Source: Octopus vulgaris (lineage: Eukaryota). Taken from it: DNA of 64,000 bases. The stretch is from positions 36,704,001 to 36,768,000 of the forward strand of contig OX597832.1 in NCBI GenBank assembly GCA_951406725.2. Direction: 5' to 3'. The notes beneath the pieces are model-generated. The model was given only the letters and a program-made list of their open reading frames with translations, made no database searches and was not told the origin of the DNA. The first letter of the stretch is position 1. Every line of letters starts with the position of its first letter. The position numbers were made by a program, and so were the translations under genes. This document shows, in pieces, positions 1 through 15,195 of the stretch.

Positions 1-177
1 TCATTGAGTATTTATGTGTATATGTGTGTATGTATTACGTATGCATGTGTGTATGCCTTGGTGTTGAATTGCGTCTCCTTGTGCCAAATGGTAACTTGAC
101 ATTTCAGTAAATAGAGGTCAATAAAATAAATATCCAGCTAAAATAAACCCTGGTGTCCATACGCTTGACTAAACCCC

Positions 178-408
178 TTAATCCTTTAGCATTCACATTA
201 TTTTGTCAAAAATAATGCTTATTTATTCACATTGTTTTGAATTATTTTGCATGCATTATTTTGTAACTATGAGAGTTTGATGAGGTAACTCTTAATTTTT
301 AGAATGATAATGTAGGGTTGGTGTGAGATGCTGGAGCTGACCAGTTTAAATATAAAACAGGTAGAATATTTTGACTGCATATGGCCAATTTCAATGCTAA
401 TGGGTTAA
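178..408 (-). mobile_element. piggyBac-type MITE (family P1, about 230 bp), inserted inside a SINE
   Basis: TTAA at both ends (178-181, 405-408) with imperfect inverted termini tcctttagcatt...aatgctaatggg. Same element, in the opposite orientation, at 19122-19348 and 47576-47815. Flanks rejoin as SINE sequence (gactaaacccc|agttggtgccccagtatgg). Confidence 0.75.
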
Positions 409-867
409 AGTTGGTGCCCCAGTATGGTTGCAGTCCAATGACTGAAACCAGTAACACTGGAAAATAATAGTTGTGTTTAGTGATGTCTATTTATATCTTC
501 CCTCAACCTGGGATACCCACCTCTGTTAACACCCCTCCTCCCCACTACCTGCTATACCTATTAATCCTATTTCTACCTGATACAGTCAACAATGCAGAAG
601 CTCTTACCCGGTTGCTGTTGTTGCTACAGAGTGGATGAGTGACGTCACCTGAGCATGGCCACTTTGCACTGGGGGAATACCACTTTCTTCCTCTGGTTCT
701 GCTTCGATATTTTAGTGAAACAGAGATCACTATTGTGGTCGATGATCACAACGGTAGCAACGACTACTAATATTAACAGCTCTCATACAACAGCTACAAG
801 AAATGATATATATATATATATATATTATTATTATATGTATATATATATATATATATATATTCTTTTT

Positions 868-1258
868 TTATTTTACTCGTTTCAGTCATTTGACTGTGAC
901 CACGCTGGAGCACCACCATATTGGTTTTTTTTTTTGTTTTAGTTGAAGAAATCGACTCTAGGATTTATTCTTTGTAAGCCTAGTACTTATTCTCTCGGTT
1001 TCTTTTGCTGAACCGCTAGGTTACAAGGGTGTAAATACACCAGCATCAGTTGTCAAGCGATGGTGGGGTCAAACACAAAGACACACACATAAATATATAT
1101 ATGATGAGCTTGTTTTAGTTTCCATCTACCAAATCCACTCAGAAGGCTATGGTCAGCCCAAGGCTATAGTGGAAGACACTTGCCCAAGGTGCCACACAGT
1201 GGGATTGAATCTGGAACCGTGTTCTTGAGAAGCAAGCTTCTTACTACACAGCTATGCC
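868..1258 (-). mobile_element. tRNA-headed SINE, family A (octopus OK/OR-like), near full length
   Basis: Recurrent blocks gtttcagtcatttgactg...cagtttccatctaccaaatccactca...gaagacacttgcccaaggtgccac...cttcttactacacagc, seen in more than 8 copies in the window. A/B-box-like head on the minus strand. Confidence 0.8.
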
Positions 1259-1292
1259 ATATATAATTTCAGATTGTGGCCAGAACTTATTT

Positions 1293-1294
<2 letters not shown>

Positions 1295-1373
<79 letters not shown>

Positions 1374-1420
1374 TTCTCTCTCTCTCTTTCCCTATCTCTC
1401 TCTCTCTCTCTCTCTCTCTC
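1295..1420. repeat. (CT)n microsatellite
   Basis: Direct reading; it explains the SLSL ORFs. Confidence 0.95.
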
Positions 1421-2518
1421 TACCTACCTAAATGTGATGGTGGTAATAGAGACAGCAGTGCAAGAACCAGTTCTGCTGGTGAGTCTTACTTCTAGAGTGG
1501 TGGTGTCCTTTCCCAGTGGAAGATTCATCACAATTCCATTTGGTTGCTCCCAAGTCAAGTGCTCACCTGCAGGCAAAGGACCTCTTCACCCCACGACCAC
1601 TTCTTTCCTTTTTGGCTTGTGCCGAGTTCTTAATAACATAAGAATGATTAACAACACTAACAGCAGCAACCACAAGGTATCATCAACAACAACACCAACA
1701 CCAACAAAAACAACTAGCATCATCATCATCATCATCATCACTACCATCATTTAAAACCACAACAGATGATTCTTCATGTATTTACCGATGCTTACATTTT
1801 ATATTCTATGAAAGCAAAAATTTCTAACTTTGCTTGAAAACATCTTTGAAGGTCATAATCCTGACACTCACTCATTGCACTCTGTGATGAATATATCCAT
1901 TCACACACACACATACACACACACACATGTATTATCTTAAAAATAATCAAATGCGACATGTATGTATGTTTCTCTCCTAGAGAAGGTGTTTGTCAAGTTA
2001 GAACGCTTGGAACTGTTACTCCTCTAAGAAAAGAACATATTAATATTTGTCACGTTCAATTATTTTTTAAAAAATATCATTAGCAAATCTGTTTCTATTA
2101 ACGATGTGTTCTTTCGACTGTGGCTTTTGTTGTTGTTGGCTTTTGTTTTCGATTCAGATAAACGAATAACCTATCTGTCGGTATGCATGTTCCATCTTCA
2201 TAACTGTCATTAACACTCCGTACTACCACCACCACCACCACCATCACTATAAGAACAAATGTTTCTAACAAATGTACAAGGCCAAAGTTTTGAGTGAAGG
2301 TGGGGTTAGTCAATTCAATCAACCCTTCCTCGATTTAATTGCACTTCCATTTAAGCCAAAGCACTTAATTCCAGAGTGGATATGTTTATATATAAAATAA
2401 TGACTCCTTGAGAGTCATTACTTCAATACATGTAATATTATACATAAGAATGTGTCTATATATGCGCACACACACTTTGGTTGTGTATGCGTGTGTGTGT
2501 GTGTCCCTCTCTCTCTCC

Positions 2519-2588
<70 letters not shown>

Positions 2589-2614
2589 ATACACGCACAT
2601 CTTTTATCTTTTGC

Positions 2615-2995
2615 GTGTTTAAGTTACCAGGCTGCACCCATTCTGGGGCATTGCTCTGAAGAACTTTTAGTCAAAGGAATCAACCCCAGTACTTCTTTCT
2701 TTTCTAACCATGGTACTACTCCCATCCCTCTCTTGCCAGGCCGCTAAGATATGGGGATGTAAACAAACCAACACAAGTTGTCATGTGGTGGTGGGAGATA
2801 AACCCAGGCTCAGAATCAAACACACATGCACATGGATACACCACAGACTTCTTTCAGTTTTTGTCTAATAAATCCACTCACAAGACGTTGGTTGGCTTCA
2901 TAGTACAAGAGAAGACACTTGCCTGAAGGACTTTGCATTGGAACTGATCCCAGAACCAGGTGGCTGGAAGGCAAGCTTCTTACCACACAACCATG
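2615..2995 (-). mobile_element. SINE family A, diverged copy
   Basis: Same blocks as 868-1258 (aatccactcacaag, agaagacacttgcc, gcaagcttcttaccacaca). Confidence 0.7.
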
Positions 2996-3043
2996 TCTCC
3001 ACCTAAGTGCATCATGTATATACTGTTTTGTCATGATTTTTAC

Positions 3044-3098
<55 letters not shown>

Positions 3099-3138
3099 GT
3101 ATAGACATATATACACACATCTACATATATGTGTATGT

Positions 3139-3177
<39 letters not shown>

Positions 3178-3363
3178 TGTATATATACGAGTGTGTGTGT
3201 GTGTGTGTGTAAATATATATGTATATATATCAATATGTATATATATGTGTATGTATATATGTGTGTGTATATATATATGTATATATGTATATGCATGCAT
3301 GTATATATATGTATACATGTGTATGTATATATGTATACATGTATGTATGTATATGTATGCATG

Positions 3364-3394
<31 letters not shown>

Positions 3395-4061
3395 ATGTAT
3401 TTATGTATGTGTATGTATGTATGTATGTATATATATATATGTGTGTGTGTGTGTGTATGTATATATGTATGTATATATATGTATATATATGTATGTATGT
3501 ATATATATATGTATATATGCATGTATATGTATCTATATATATATATGTGTGTAACTATATGTATGTATATATATATATGTATATATGCATGTATATGTAT
3601 CTATATATATATGTGTGTGTAACTATATGTATATGTGTAAATATATGTATATATGTGTGTGTATATATATGTGTATATATATGTGTGTGTATATATATGT
3701 GTATATATATATATGTATATATATATATATGTGTGTATATGTATATATATATATGTATTTATATGTGTGTGTGTGTATATATATATATGTATATAAATGT
3801 ATATTTATGTGTGTGTGTATATATATATGTATATTTATGTGTGTGTGTGTGTATATATATATGTATATATATATATGTGTGTGTGTGTATATGTGTGTGT
3901 GTGTATATATGTATGTGTGTGTGTATGTATATATGTATGTATGTGTGTGTTTGTGTGTATATATGTATGTATATATGTGTGTGTGTGTATATGTATGTAT
4001 ATATGTGTATGTGTGTGTGTGTATATGTATGTATATATGTGTGTGTATATATATATATATA
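3044..4061. repeat. About 1 kb compound (TA)n/(TG)n microsatellite
   Basis: Nearly pure alternating purine-pyrimidine sequence; source of the long YICV/HTYI ORFs. Confidence 0.95.
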
Positions 4062-4713
4062 AATATGTTGTGTGTTCAAAAATATGTGCGGCAAGAAGGA
4101 ATTTAGTTCAACTTGGAGGTGGGGTTGAGTTTTGTCATAGATTTTAGCACCAACTTTCCTTCATACCTGAATTATATTATTGATTCTTAATTACTTTTAC
4201 TCACCACATGATGTTTGAAATATATTTCTAATCAGCCTGAATTCAATTTGAAAATCGTTCACCCTTTTCATTGGTCTGTTTTCTTTTCACCTAACACAGT
4301 ATTCTGTCATTGGTTTTAGCTTAGAGATTTTGGAATTTTTCCTCTATTGGCTTGTTTCTGTAAATATCTCTTATTCAAATCAATAAAAATTCAATATAGT
4401 TATACAGTTACATACATACAAGAATGTATTCAAATCCTATATACATGCATACAAAACCATTCATTCCAACATACATACATGCACAACAAAAACTTAAGCA
4501 AGCGCACAATTGATTTCATTGGTCGAATTGAAATTCTAAGCCCAAGATCCATATCTTCTCCATTAGATTTTCTATGTGTGTTCTCATACATATCTGTACA
4601 TGTGTGTTTGTGTGCGTTTCTTTTTCTCTAACTTTCCTTTTGTCTGTAAGTAATGAAATTAGGTAGTTTCACCTAATTTTTAACACGTGGTTCTTCATGT
4701 AGATTTTTCGTTA

Positions 4714-4761
<48 letters not shown>

Positions 4762-4854
4762 TGCATGCATAGTATGTGCCTAATACTTTTTTATTTGTGT
4801 GTGAACTGAAAATTTGACTTTACTAAATATAAATACACACACACATATATATAG

Positions 4855-4975
4855 AAACACTGCCAGACCAGACTGGAGCCTGGGGCAGCCCTTGGCTCCC
4901 CAGACCCCGGTCGAACCGTCCAACCCGTGCTAGCGCGGAAAACGGATGTTAAACGATGATGATGATGATGATGAT
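4855..4975 (+). mobile_element. RTE-LINE-type 3' tail fragment ending in (GAT)n
   Basis: ccaacccgtgctagcgcggaaaacggatgttaaacgatgatgatg. The same tail follows the RTE ORF end at 58681-59180 (minus strand). Confidence 0.65.
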
Positions 4976-5266
4976 ATATATATACACACACACACATGTA
5001 CATACATGTGTGTGTATGTTCCTATTTATAGTATGTGCAATTATATAATTTTTCTCTGCCGTGGCCAACTTTTGCCAAACTAAAGAATCTCATGTTGTTT
5101 TCTCAAGAAGTTCAATTTCCTATTAAAAAAAAAATATTGTGTGTGTGTGTGTGTGACATAACTTAACAATATTACAAACAATATAACCTTGCCTAAAAAA
5201 CACACAAATAGCTTTATATCCAATTACAAAGTAATGCATTATATATATGTGTGTGAGTATACATAC

Positions 5267-5323
<57 letters not shown>

Positions 5324-6434
5324 CACACACACATACGTACTCGCTGTATGAATACGTTTATATATACATGCGTATTTTGCATAATTCTATTGTGTGTTTG
5401 AAGTTCTGAATTTTTGATTCGGTGTTGTTCAATTAGGAAAAATTGCTGGCAAAGGAAGGTGTGAAGAAATGGATTTGCAGGAAAAAGAAGAAAAAACAAA
5501 ACAGAAATGATAGATATTTCAGTGTTTCTTGTCAAGGAAGTGATAGGGGTGGGCTATAACATTTATTATTATCATTATTATTATACCCCAACATTTTATG
5601 TTTTGTATTGTCCCCCTCATCCTTCGCCCTGGTGGCAAATAAATGCAATCATTAATATTATTATTTAGCGAGTATATAGCTTTCTTTTTTTCCCCTATTT
5701 TAAAACTTTATTTCCCTCCAAATGTTATGTTGTTACACAACTCCTTATTTCATTGAAATTTTTCTGGTTTAAATGTACAACATCATTTTAAACAGGAAGC
5801 TATTAACACACACCACTGTGTTTGTGTGTCTGTATATTTGTATGCATGTGCATAAAAGGGAATTCTTTATTAATATACATATGTGTGTGTGTGTGTACAT
5901 GCAGCTTTTATATTATGATATGGCTGTGTGAATTATTTTCACATACTATTCACATGTGTTTGTAAATTAGCTCTGTGTGTGTGTAAAGCATGTCTAAACA
6001 CTCTGTATTTGTTTGAGTTTACTGTATATTAAAACACTTTATCAATGGGTTCAAGTGTGTATATGTGTATGCTGTTAGTATGTGTGTGTGTGTGTATGTA
6101 TGCATCTTTGTATGTATAATTCTGTGTATGTCATATATTTGCATATATGTGAATTCATGGTGTATGTGTATATTTTAAAAATATGTTTATAAAATGAATA
6201 TATTAACATACTTAGTGTGTTGTGTTCTATTGTAACACTGTGTTTAACAAACATTATATAAACACCAACTTGTGTATATATATGGGTGATGTGGATCAAC
6301 TTGTGTGAATATATACTTCTTTCTTTGTGTGTGTGTGTGTGTGTGTGTAGTGTTTTGCTGTCTAAGTGTATGTATATAATTCTTCAGTTTGTTGTCTTAT
6401 GCATGGTTTATTAAAATCCTAGGTAAATATATAC

Positions 6435-6472
<38 letters not shown>

Positions 6473-7900
6473 AACACACACCATGTTGTATGCATGGTAT
6501 GTGTCTAATACATTTTTTGTCTGTCTTAAATATTGACATTACTAAATATATACACACACCTCACGCACATGTAGGTATTGCAAGTGTATGTGTGTATATA
6601 TATATATATAAAATGTTCACATTTGTGTATAGGTGTGTATACAATTCTATTATTTCTCCTTTATGTATAATAATGAACAAACAACTGTATATTAGATACA
6701 CATTGTTCTGTGTGATTTTGTGTATAAATGTGTGTATTTATATACCCTCACATTCATCACGACAAACAGCTCACAAATATATAGGGTTTTGTTTCCCGTC
6801 TCTTTCTCTTAACTCTCTTTTATATTATTGTTCACACTGAGTGTATCTAGCTGTGTGTGTGTGTGTGTGTGTGTATGACTATATACACTTAATGTGTAGA
6901 TGTATAAATTCTTTGAAATGGAAAAACATTGTTAGGACATGTTTGGAAAAAATGTGATATCACTTTGATCTTCAATGTTTTCATTGTACACATCTACATA
7001 CGTGTGTATATATATAGTAGTTGTGTGTATGTATATGCACATCACATTTACATGTGTACATAAGTTCTTCACACACACACACACCCATCATCTACCATTT
7101 ATCCCATCTGGTTCTTTGACATTTTCTGTTAAGTGCTGCCATACAACACGTTCTTTTTTAAATATTTCCATTTAGTGTCTGTTGAACAAAAAAAAAAACC
7201 TGTTTGCATCATTCTTGCACGGAAATAAAATGGTATTTTCATGTGGAACGTAGCTAGTCTACAGCTACCATCAGTGTTTCTTGGAAATAACCAGTGGAAA
7301 CTTAAAACGGTAATATAAGACGGCTAGTGGTGATGCTAGCGTTCATTATGGTTTAGGGAAGCAGATGGAGAGTCTGTAACTATCATACATTTTAACGAGT
7401 TTTTAGAATAATTGCTGTAGTTGACTCCTTGATGTTCCAGAGTAAAATATAAAATACTAGGACACTTGTGATAATCTTCAGTTCTAGCAACAATAACTAA
7501 ATTGCAATGGAAGAATTTATAGGGAATTGAATTAAAATGAAGAGTAACACAAAAAATTCCACATTTCAGGGAGACAAACAAGAGTGCCGTGTAGTGTTGG
7601 CAGGTGGACTGTGGTCAAATGAAATGATATCATCAAAATATCAAAAGTGATTGAAAAGTCATGTCACTAAAGGCCATGAAACTGACCAAAGTCCAGTAGG
7701 CATTTAACTTTAATTTGTACTTTATTTAGTGAAGACATTTTTCTTTGAAAGGTATAATATATAACGATAAATATTCTAGTTGTTGGTCACATCATTCAGT
7801 CAGAGCCTCGTGGTTGATGCAAACTTGCAAGTTTTTTTTTGGTTTTTTTTTTTTCATGTCTGGCTGCAGACAAAGAAAGATTATCTCATCAATCTTTACA

Positions 7901-7949
<49 letters not shown>

Positions 7950-8182
7950 AGTACAATCGGTTTCTGGACATTTAACTATTTTATAAATGATTTGATGCCA
8001 TTTGCAACTGCCTGTCTCTCTGATGTTTTATTATACTTTCATTAGCTCAAACCATTTCATGGCCTGCAGGCAGCTCTAAAATGCCTGCACTTTATCTCCC
8101 ATCACTCAACGTTGGATATCTGGCCTGGTCATTTTGTCTGCATCTATTATATACATGTTAGCAATGTATTCTTACATATGTA

Positions 8183-8237
<55 letters not shown>

Positions 8238-8674
8238 TCAGATGAATATGGTACTTAAGTTAAAGGCACCAGAATTTGGTATGGTATTATCCATATAAAT
8301 CAAATGGGGTGATTATAATCAAAATAAGCAACAAGGATATCCTTGTTGCTTATTTCGATTTTATATATATATATATATATATAATTTGCTGGATCCCAGT
8401 GAATCAAGATATTTTAATAAGGACACCCAATTTAGTGGACTTCAACCCTATTTGTGTGTGTGTGTATGCTCACATATATCAACATATATAAGTATATACA
8501 CATATAGACACACTCACACACGCATGTATGGACACACGGACATATATTTATAGATGTAGACATACATGTTTCTACATAAAAACATAGTATGTGCACTGTG
8601 TGCATACTTATGTAAAGCAACATTCAAAGTTTGATACAGTATTAAAACTGTATTACTTAGAGAACACCTGGTAT

Positions 8675-8705
<31 letters not shown>

Positions 8706-10640
8706 TGCATGCACACACACATGCATGCACACACATGTAAACATGCATGCACACCAGCTCAGCTGATTGCAGGGGTGGGGGTTGTGTTGACATAGTTCTT
8801 TTGACTGTCAGCTGATATATCACCCCACCCACCCATTTGTCTTCCTCACCTCTTCATCCTCACTATCATCATCCGCTGCCTCCAACACTAATGCTACAAC
8901 CACAACCAGTACCGGTTACCACCACCACCACCACTACAATAACCATCACCTCACCCCCACCTCTGCAATCTCTACTACAACTAGTGCCATCGCCACCCTC
9001 TGTATTACAACCAACATCACCACCACCACAGCCAACACACTTGTACTACAACCACCATTATCACCACAACACTATATACTACAGCCAACACCATCACCAT
9101 ATCATCCACAGCAAACACCTCAGTTTCTTAATATAATTACTAAAAACATTCTTAGAATCCACTACCACTGCTACTATGTCTCTACAAACCACCACCACTA
9201 CTGTCACCATACTGTCATCTGTACCACTACATCACAACACCATCATACCACTGCCACCATCACTTTCACACTCATCACTATGATAGCCCCCACAACCACC
9301 ATCATACCCACCACCACCACCACCACACCCATCACCACCAATACCACACCATCACCATAATTACTTTACCATTCAACACACACACACACTTCTATATCAT
9401 TCCATCTGTATTGCTGCTAATTTTCTGACCCATTACATTCTAGTACATTGTACAGGTTGGTGCAGGGAGAGGTTGTGAAAGGCACATCTAGAGAGAGGGA
9501 AAGGAGTAAAAAGGGAGAGAGAGAGAGAGAGAGAGAGAGCAGGTAGTGACAGGTAGGGAAAGTATATAAAGTGAAGTGTTTCAGTTCCCCTTTTTCCTCC
9601 CTCTCTACCCCCCACACTTCCATTCCTTAGTTGCATCTCCCTATAAGAAACAGAAAGTGTATGTGTGTAAAGAGGGTGTATATGTGTAGGTGTGTGTATT
9701 TCAACATATCATTATGATCTCTCTCTCTCTTTCATCTTCTTGATTATGTGAGGTGTAGGTAGTCATGCCATGTCTCACTATTACCATTTAACCTCTATGT
9801 AGTGACACAATTTGCCAGAAATAGCAGCTTAATCTCCCTCCAGTCACATTCCATAATCTTAGAAAATGGATAGTGTGATCCGGGTTCCTTGCACAGAGGA
9901 AAATGTCATGGTCGGAATATTTTTAAGATCATAAGACTTCACAGTCATGGATGACCTAGGGCTAAACAAAACAACAATCACCATCACATGTCTTTCAAAC
10001 CCAATCACCCACCCCCATCGCACAACATGTGATCAATACAATTGATTGTAGCTAATTACACACATTCTGTTTTCTGCATTATTATTGTACATGTGCATTC
10101 CGTGGCCTTGTTTTGCAGCTATGCAGCTCATAATGTGTGTCTTTCTATGAAAATGTGATTTCTACACACGCACACACACTTATTAATGCTATATATCTGT
10201 TTTTCTGAATGGACTTTCAGTGTATGTATGTTATGTATGTGTGCATAGAATTTTATCTAATTTTATATCTTTCTCCTCCATCTCTCTCTTTCGCTCTCTC
10301 TCGCTCTCTCTTTATATACATGTCTTCACACACACCTGTGTATTAAAAAGATAGACGGTTACTCTGAAGTTACGCCTAAGCTGGCATCTGACTGATGGCC
10401 CTGCTTTGCTGAAACTTTGAAGTTACTGTCAACCATTTGAAATATTTAACTCTACTTTGTTTAGTTTTTGTTTGTTTTCATTTAATGAAAAACATATATA
10501 TCATTACAAAATTTCGGCAAATCTACTGCAAAGTGCAGAGGGATTGTGCATAGTTTGCATAGTTTCAACAATTTTCATCTCTTCATCCAAATTTCTAAGA
10601 GAAGAATCTGTTAGTTAGCTTACTTTGTGCAACCTGAGCA

Positions 10641-10681
<41 letters not shown>

Positions 10682-10696
10682 CGGGTGTGCGTGTCA

Positions 10697-11000
10697 GTCA
10701 TCATCATCATTTAACATCCATGATCCATTTTGTATGGGTTGGCAAGATCTAATGGATCCTAGGACTGCACTATGCTCTGATGTCAACCTCAGTATGATTT
10801 CAACCGTTGGATGCCCTTCCTAACACCAACCACTTTACAGAGTGTACTGGGTGCTTTTTTTCATGCCACCAGCTCAGTGTTGAAGTCACCAGATGCAGCT
10901 TGCAAGACTAAGAATCCCCAAGGGCCACAAGGTTGGCTTTATGCTTGGAGATAAGGGGTTAAAGTTTGAGAGAAGGTAGGGTAGAGCAGGTTCTTGTGGT
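10697..11000 (-). mobile_element. RTE-tail repeat fragment
   Basis: catcatcatttaacatcc...atgggttgg...gatgcccttcctaacaccaaccactttacagagtgtactgggtg, shared with 29895-30190. Confidence 0.6.
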
Positions 11001-11320
11001 ACATACCCACATGCACACCTATGCAAGGAGTTAAATGCTGCAAAGCTTGCTCACAAAGCAATTATGTTTTTGTGGTGTTGCTGCTGCTGTTTACAACAAT
11101 CAGTTGCAACCGTTTTGAGGTACCCTGAAACAGCCACGTGGACGGGGCTGTTACTGAGATATGTCTCTCTGCCATGGACATACTGTGGTGGTGGTGGTGG
11201 TGGAAGTGGCAGCAGCGGCAGTAGTCATAGAATATAAACCACAAAATTCGCGGCTCCCTGCCTTTTAGCCTATTGACTTGGACATCAAACATTAAATAAT
11301 ATAAACAAAACTATGTACTA

Positions 11321-11354
<34 letters not shown>

Positions 11355-13222
11355 ATTCACCCCCTCTGACTTTACTCCTCTCTCTTTATATCTTTTGCTC
11401 TCTCTCTTTATCCTTCTTTCTTGTCTCTTTCTCTCAGCCTCTCTCTCTCTCTCTCCTCATCCTTTCCGTCCTTCTGTCTACCCTACAACCAATTTCTTCC
11501 ATCTCCACCACCTTGCTTCTCCCCACTCCCCTCTCCTCACCACCACCACTCTCCATATTTAAAACACTTGTACTTCTACATGGCTGCATCTATTTCTAAA
11601 TTACTTAAATTCAAATGTTTCTGTAGTTGCAGCCCCCACGCCCACCCCACCTTACCAACCACCACCACCACCACCACAACTGCACCATACACTTGACACG
11701 CTTTGTAGTCTCTCTCTCTCTCCCTCTCTCATATTATATCCCTCTTAATGCTCCTTTTATTTTCAAATTAATTCATATCTACTTATTCATGCCCTGATGA
11801 TCTAGATATAATAATAATAATAATAATAATAACAATAATAATAGCAATATTGATAATAATGATAATACTGATATTTACGATAAGAGTAGTGATATTCACG
11901 CCCAGTTTATCTTGATATTGTAATAATGAGATGATGAGGAAGAAGAAAAAGAATGATATTAGTATAATTGTATTAATAGCAATGATTGTTGTTGTTATCG
12001 TTGTTTAATTGGGTTCATCGTTGAAATATCTCTCCTTAACTTTCTTTTACTCTTATTTCATTTGAGCAATTTTGAAAAACTCACTCCTACTTCTATGACT
12101 ACATATCATTATCACTACTACTACTGCTACTACTTCTTACTACTAAATAATATTATTACTATTGATGACGATGATGATACTACTACTACTAGCCACAATA
12201 ACAATTTCATTGGTGCAGTTCTAAAAATCATTACCTCAGCCCCTTTTAGGGGTCACTATTTGAGGATAGATGAACAGTGTGGTGAAGGTCAATATGTCCA
12301 CCCTGAAAATTTGTCAAAATATTGCAAATGGAATGCTATTTGTTGCAGAATTACCTTTATCTGGGATGTGTGTGTGTGTGGTACAAAACAAACATTTTAT
12401 CCCAAAAAATGTCTCAGCAAACCAATTGTGGTCTCTTCCTGGGCCAGGTGATGTGTTTTGTTCTTTGCTAAACACTTACTTTCACATTGCTCCTGTCTAC
12501 TCAGCTAGTAAAATTGAGTAATCCTGCAAGGCATTGACACCCCATCTAGAGAGCAATATTTATGCCAGAAAAACCAGGAATCTGGGCCTATGCTCATTAT
12601 GGAATAATGTGGACTAACTGCCTATTCTACAAGTTGTCTGTGTAGTATTTCTTTTAAGAGACATTCTATTCAAAAGGTGCCTAGTTGTGCATCTGAAACT
12701 GTACTCACGTTTGTCCTGTGCTACCTCTATAGCTATAACAGATTCTAAAAGAAATTTTGCAAAAGATTTTTGTGATATCTGTGTGAATTTGGGAAGTGTT
12801 TATTGATTAGTGTAAAGAAGATCTTAGCTACATCAATGGATACCCTTAAACTATGAGGATTAAACTTTTCTTTTTTTACATTTGGGTGTTGTTTATTGTG
12901 GGTTGCTCTATGTATTTCAGATTGTTGTTGAAACCACAACTAGCCAGTGCTCTATTATAATGCAGGGCTGCTTTGTTGAATAATCCTCTGTTCAGTGATA
13001 GGTTTTGATATGCATCTACTAACGATATCTGATATATGCTGTTTGATTGTGGGTGGGTGATTGTTTGTATTTCTATTCACAATATTGTTTCTTTGTTGAT
13101 TTACGGTAGGGTTAGTGTTCGCCACTGCATCAAGAAAGGGAAGTCATTTGATTAATACAACTATCATGAAAATTGTAATGGCAAACAGTATCACTCGTAT
13201 GTACATATGGATATGCACGTGT

Positions 13223-13269
<47 letters not shown>

Positions 13270-13595
13270 CGTATCATTTAACATCCACCTTCCATGGTGG
13301 CATGAGATATGTGTATGTATATATCCCCAAACCTGCATGTATAAATAGATGTTGAGTAAACATACTAAATGGATGTTTGTGTGTGTCTGTATATACATGC
13401 TCAGGTGTGCATTAAATATGTGATATTCTTTATTGAAGAAGGCTACCTCCTAATTTGACTACTTTGAAGCCAAGTGGCATCACACTTTCCAATCTAATGC
13501 CATTTTCTGAAGTACCTCTTAAATATAACAATCATCAAAAGACGAAAATCTCTTTCTCTTACATACCGGCATACGTAAATATATATATAAATGAC

Positions 13596-13640
<45 letters not shown>

Positions 13641-14804
13641 TTGTATGCATGTATGTATGTGTATTTGTGGATATGTTTGAATGTTAAAATATATCATGCA
13701 TTTGCTTTTGCAGTCACACGCCCAACATGTTTTTTTTTTCTCTTTGTGTTGATATTGATCTTTGAATACATCTTTCTGTTATCTTTTGAGAGAGAAAAGA
13801 AGTGTTTAAAATGAAGTTGAGAGGGTTAACAAATCTGTCAGTGGTAGAGTAAAGTGATGTTGAACAGTTAAGCTGTATTGCAACTTAGTGGTGCTTTGAT
13901 ATTTCAGCATTCTTTGAGTACCCTCCACTACTAATGCTCTATATCTGTTGAGTACTATCCCCTTTAATTTCAAGTATTCTTCGGCCATAGAGTACATTAT
14001 TCTCACTCTCAGTACTTCTATCACGGAACACCATCCACTCTCTTTACAATTACTTCCACATCCATGGGGTACCATTACTTTTAACTGTCATTACTCGTAT
14101 ATCTATTGAGTATCATCCTTTATCAGTATCATTACTATTACATCCACTGAGTACCATCTCCCATTCAGGTCATCTGTATTTCCAAAATGGATATCTACCA
14201 TTTCGCCATGTTGTCAGTTCCTGTTATATCAGCTGGCCAATAAACATATCGTTGTCAAGCTATAGGATTGCACCAGGCAGTAGGCCTTACTTAGAAGATG
14301 TCTCAAGGTTTCTTCATCGTAAACAAGTAGAAACATTCTGATCCTTCAATCTGGAATCTTCTGTATTTCTCACTCCAATTTGTGACTCCAGATTTGTGTA
14401 CATGTGTGTTTGTTTAGGTATGTGTATATGTCCACACACACACACACACACACATATTTAGGAGCATGCATGATTATGTGGTTAAGATTCTCACTTTGAA
14501 ATCACATGGTTTTCTGTTCAGTCCCACTTTGTGGCATCTTAATCAAATGTCTTCAATCAAAACCCCAGATTGACCACAGCTCTGTGAGTGGATTTGGTAG
14601 TCAGAAACTAAAAGAAGCATACCATGTGTGTGTGTGTGTGTGTGTGTTGGTGATTCCTTGTCTCCAGCCATGCACTAATTGTAAATAAATTCTACTGATA
14701 TACAATTCTTCATTTGTTTGCGAATGTCTGTGGAAACATGTCCAGCCATCGTGCTGTTCATGTTTGAAGGCTTTAGAGAAATATTTCCTTGTTCACAAAC
14801 AGTC

Positions 14805-15195
14805 AAGTGGGTGTGTAGTTACAAACTTGCATCCAGCCACATGGTTTCTGGTTTAGTCCTATCATGTAGCATTTTGGGCAAATGTCTTCTGCTATAGTCT
14901 CGAGATGACCAAAGCCTTGTGAGAGGATTTGGAGGGCAGAAACTGAAAGAAGCCCATTGTGTGTGTGTGTGTGTCTTTGTGTCTGTGTTTATCCCCCCCC
15001 ACACACCACCACGTGTTGGTGTTGGTGTGTTTATGTCCCCATAACCTAGCAGTTTGGCAAAAGAGTCCTATAGAATAAGTACCAGGCTTTAAAAAAGAAT
15101 AAGTATTGGGGTTGAGACATTTGACTAAAAATTCTTCAAGGCAGTGCCTCAGCATGGCCATGGTCTGATGACTGAAACAAGCGAAAGGTAAAAGA
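14805..15195 (+). mobile_element. SINE family A
   Basis: Reverse complement of 868-1258 (ttgggcaaatgtcttctgctatag...gaaactgaaagaagccc...tgactgaaacaag). Confidence 0.75.

Noticed and set aside
2960-4147. Long ORFs (up to 331 aa), and similarly at 42811-43940 and 15639-16151
   Set aside because: They are translations of TA/TG/CA repeats, open in many frames, with no domain content.
14160-14340. Minus-strand RYVYWP motif resembling a Gypsy integrase
   Set aside because: Only one short motif with surrounding stops; too little to annotate.
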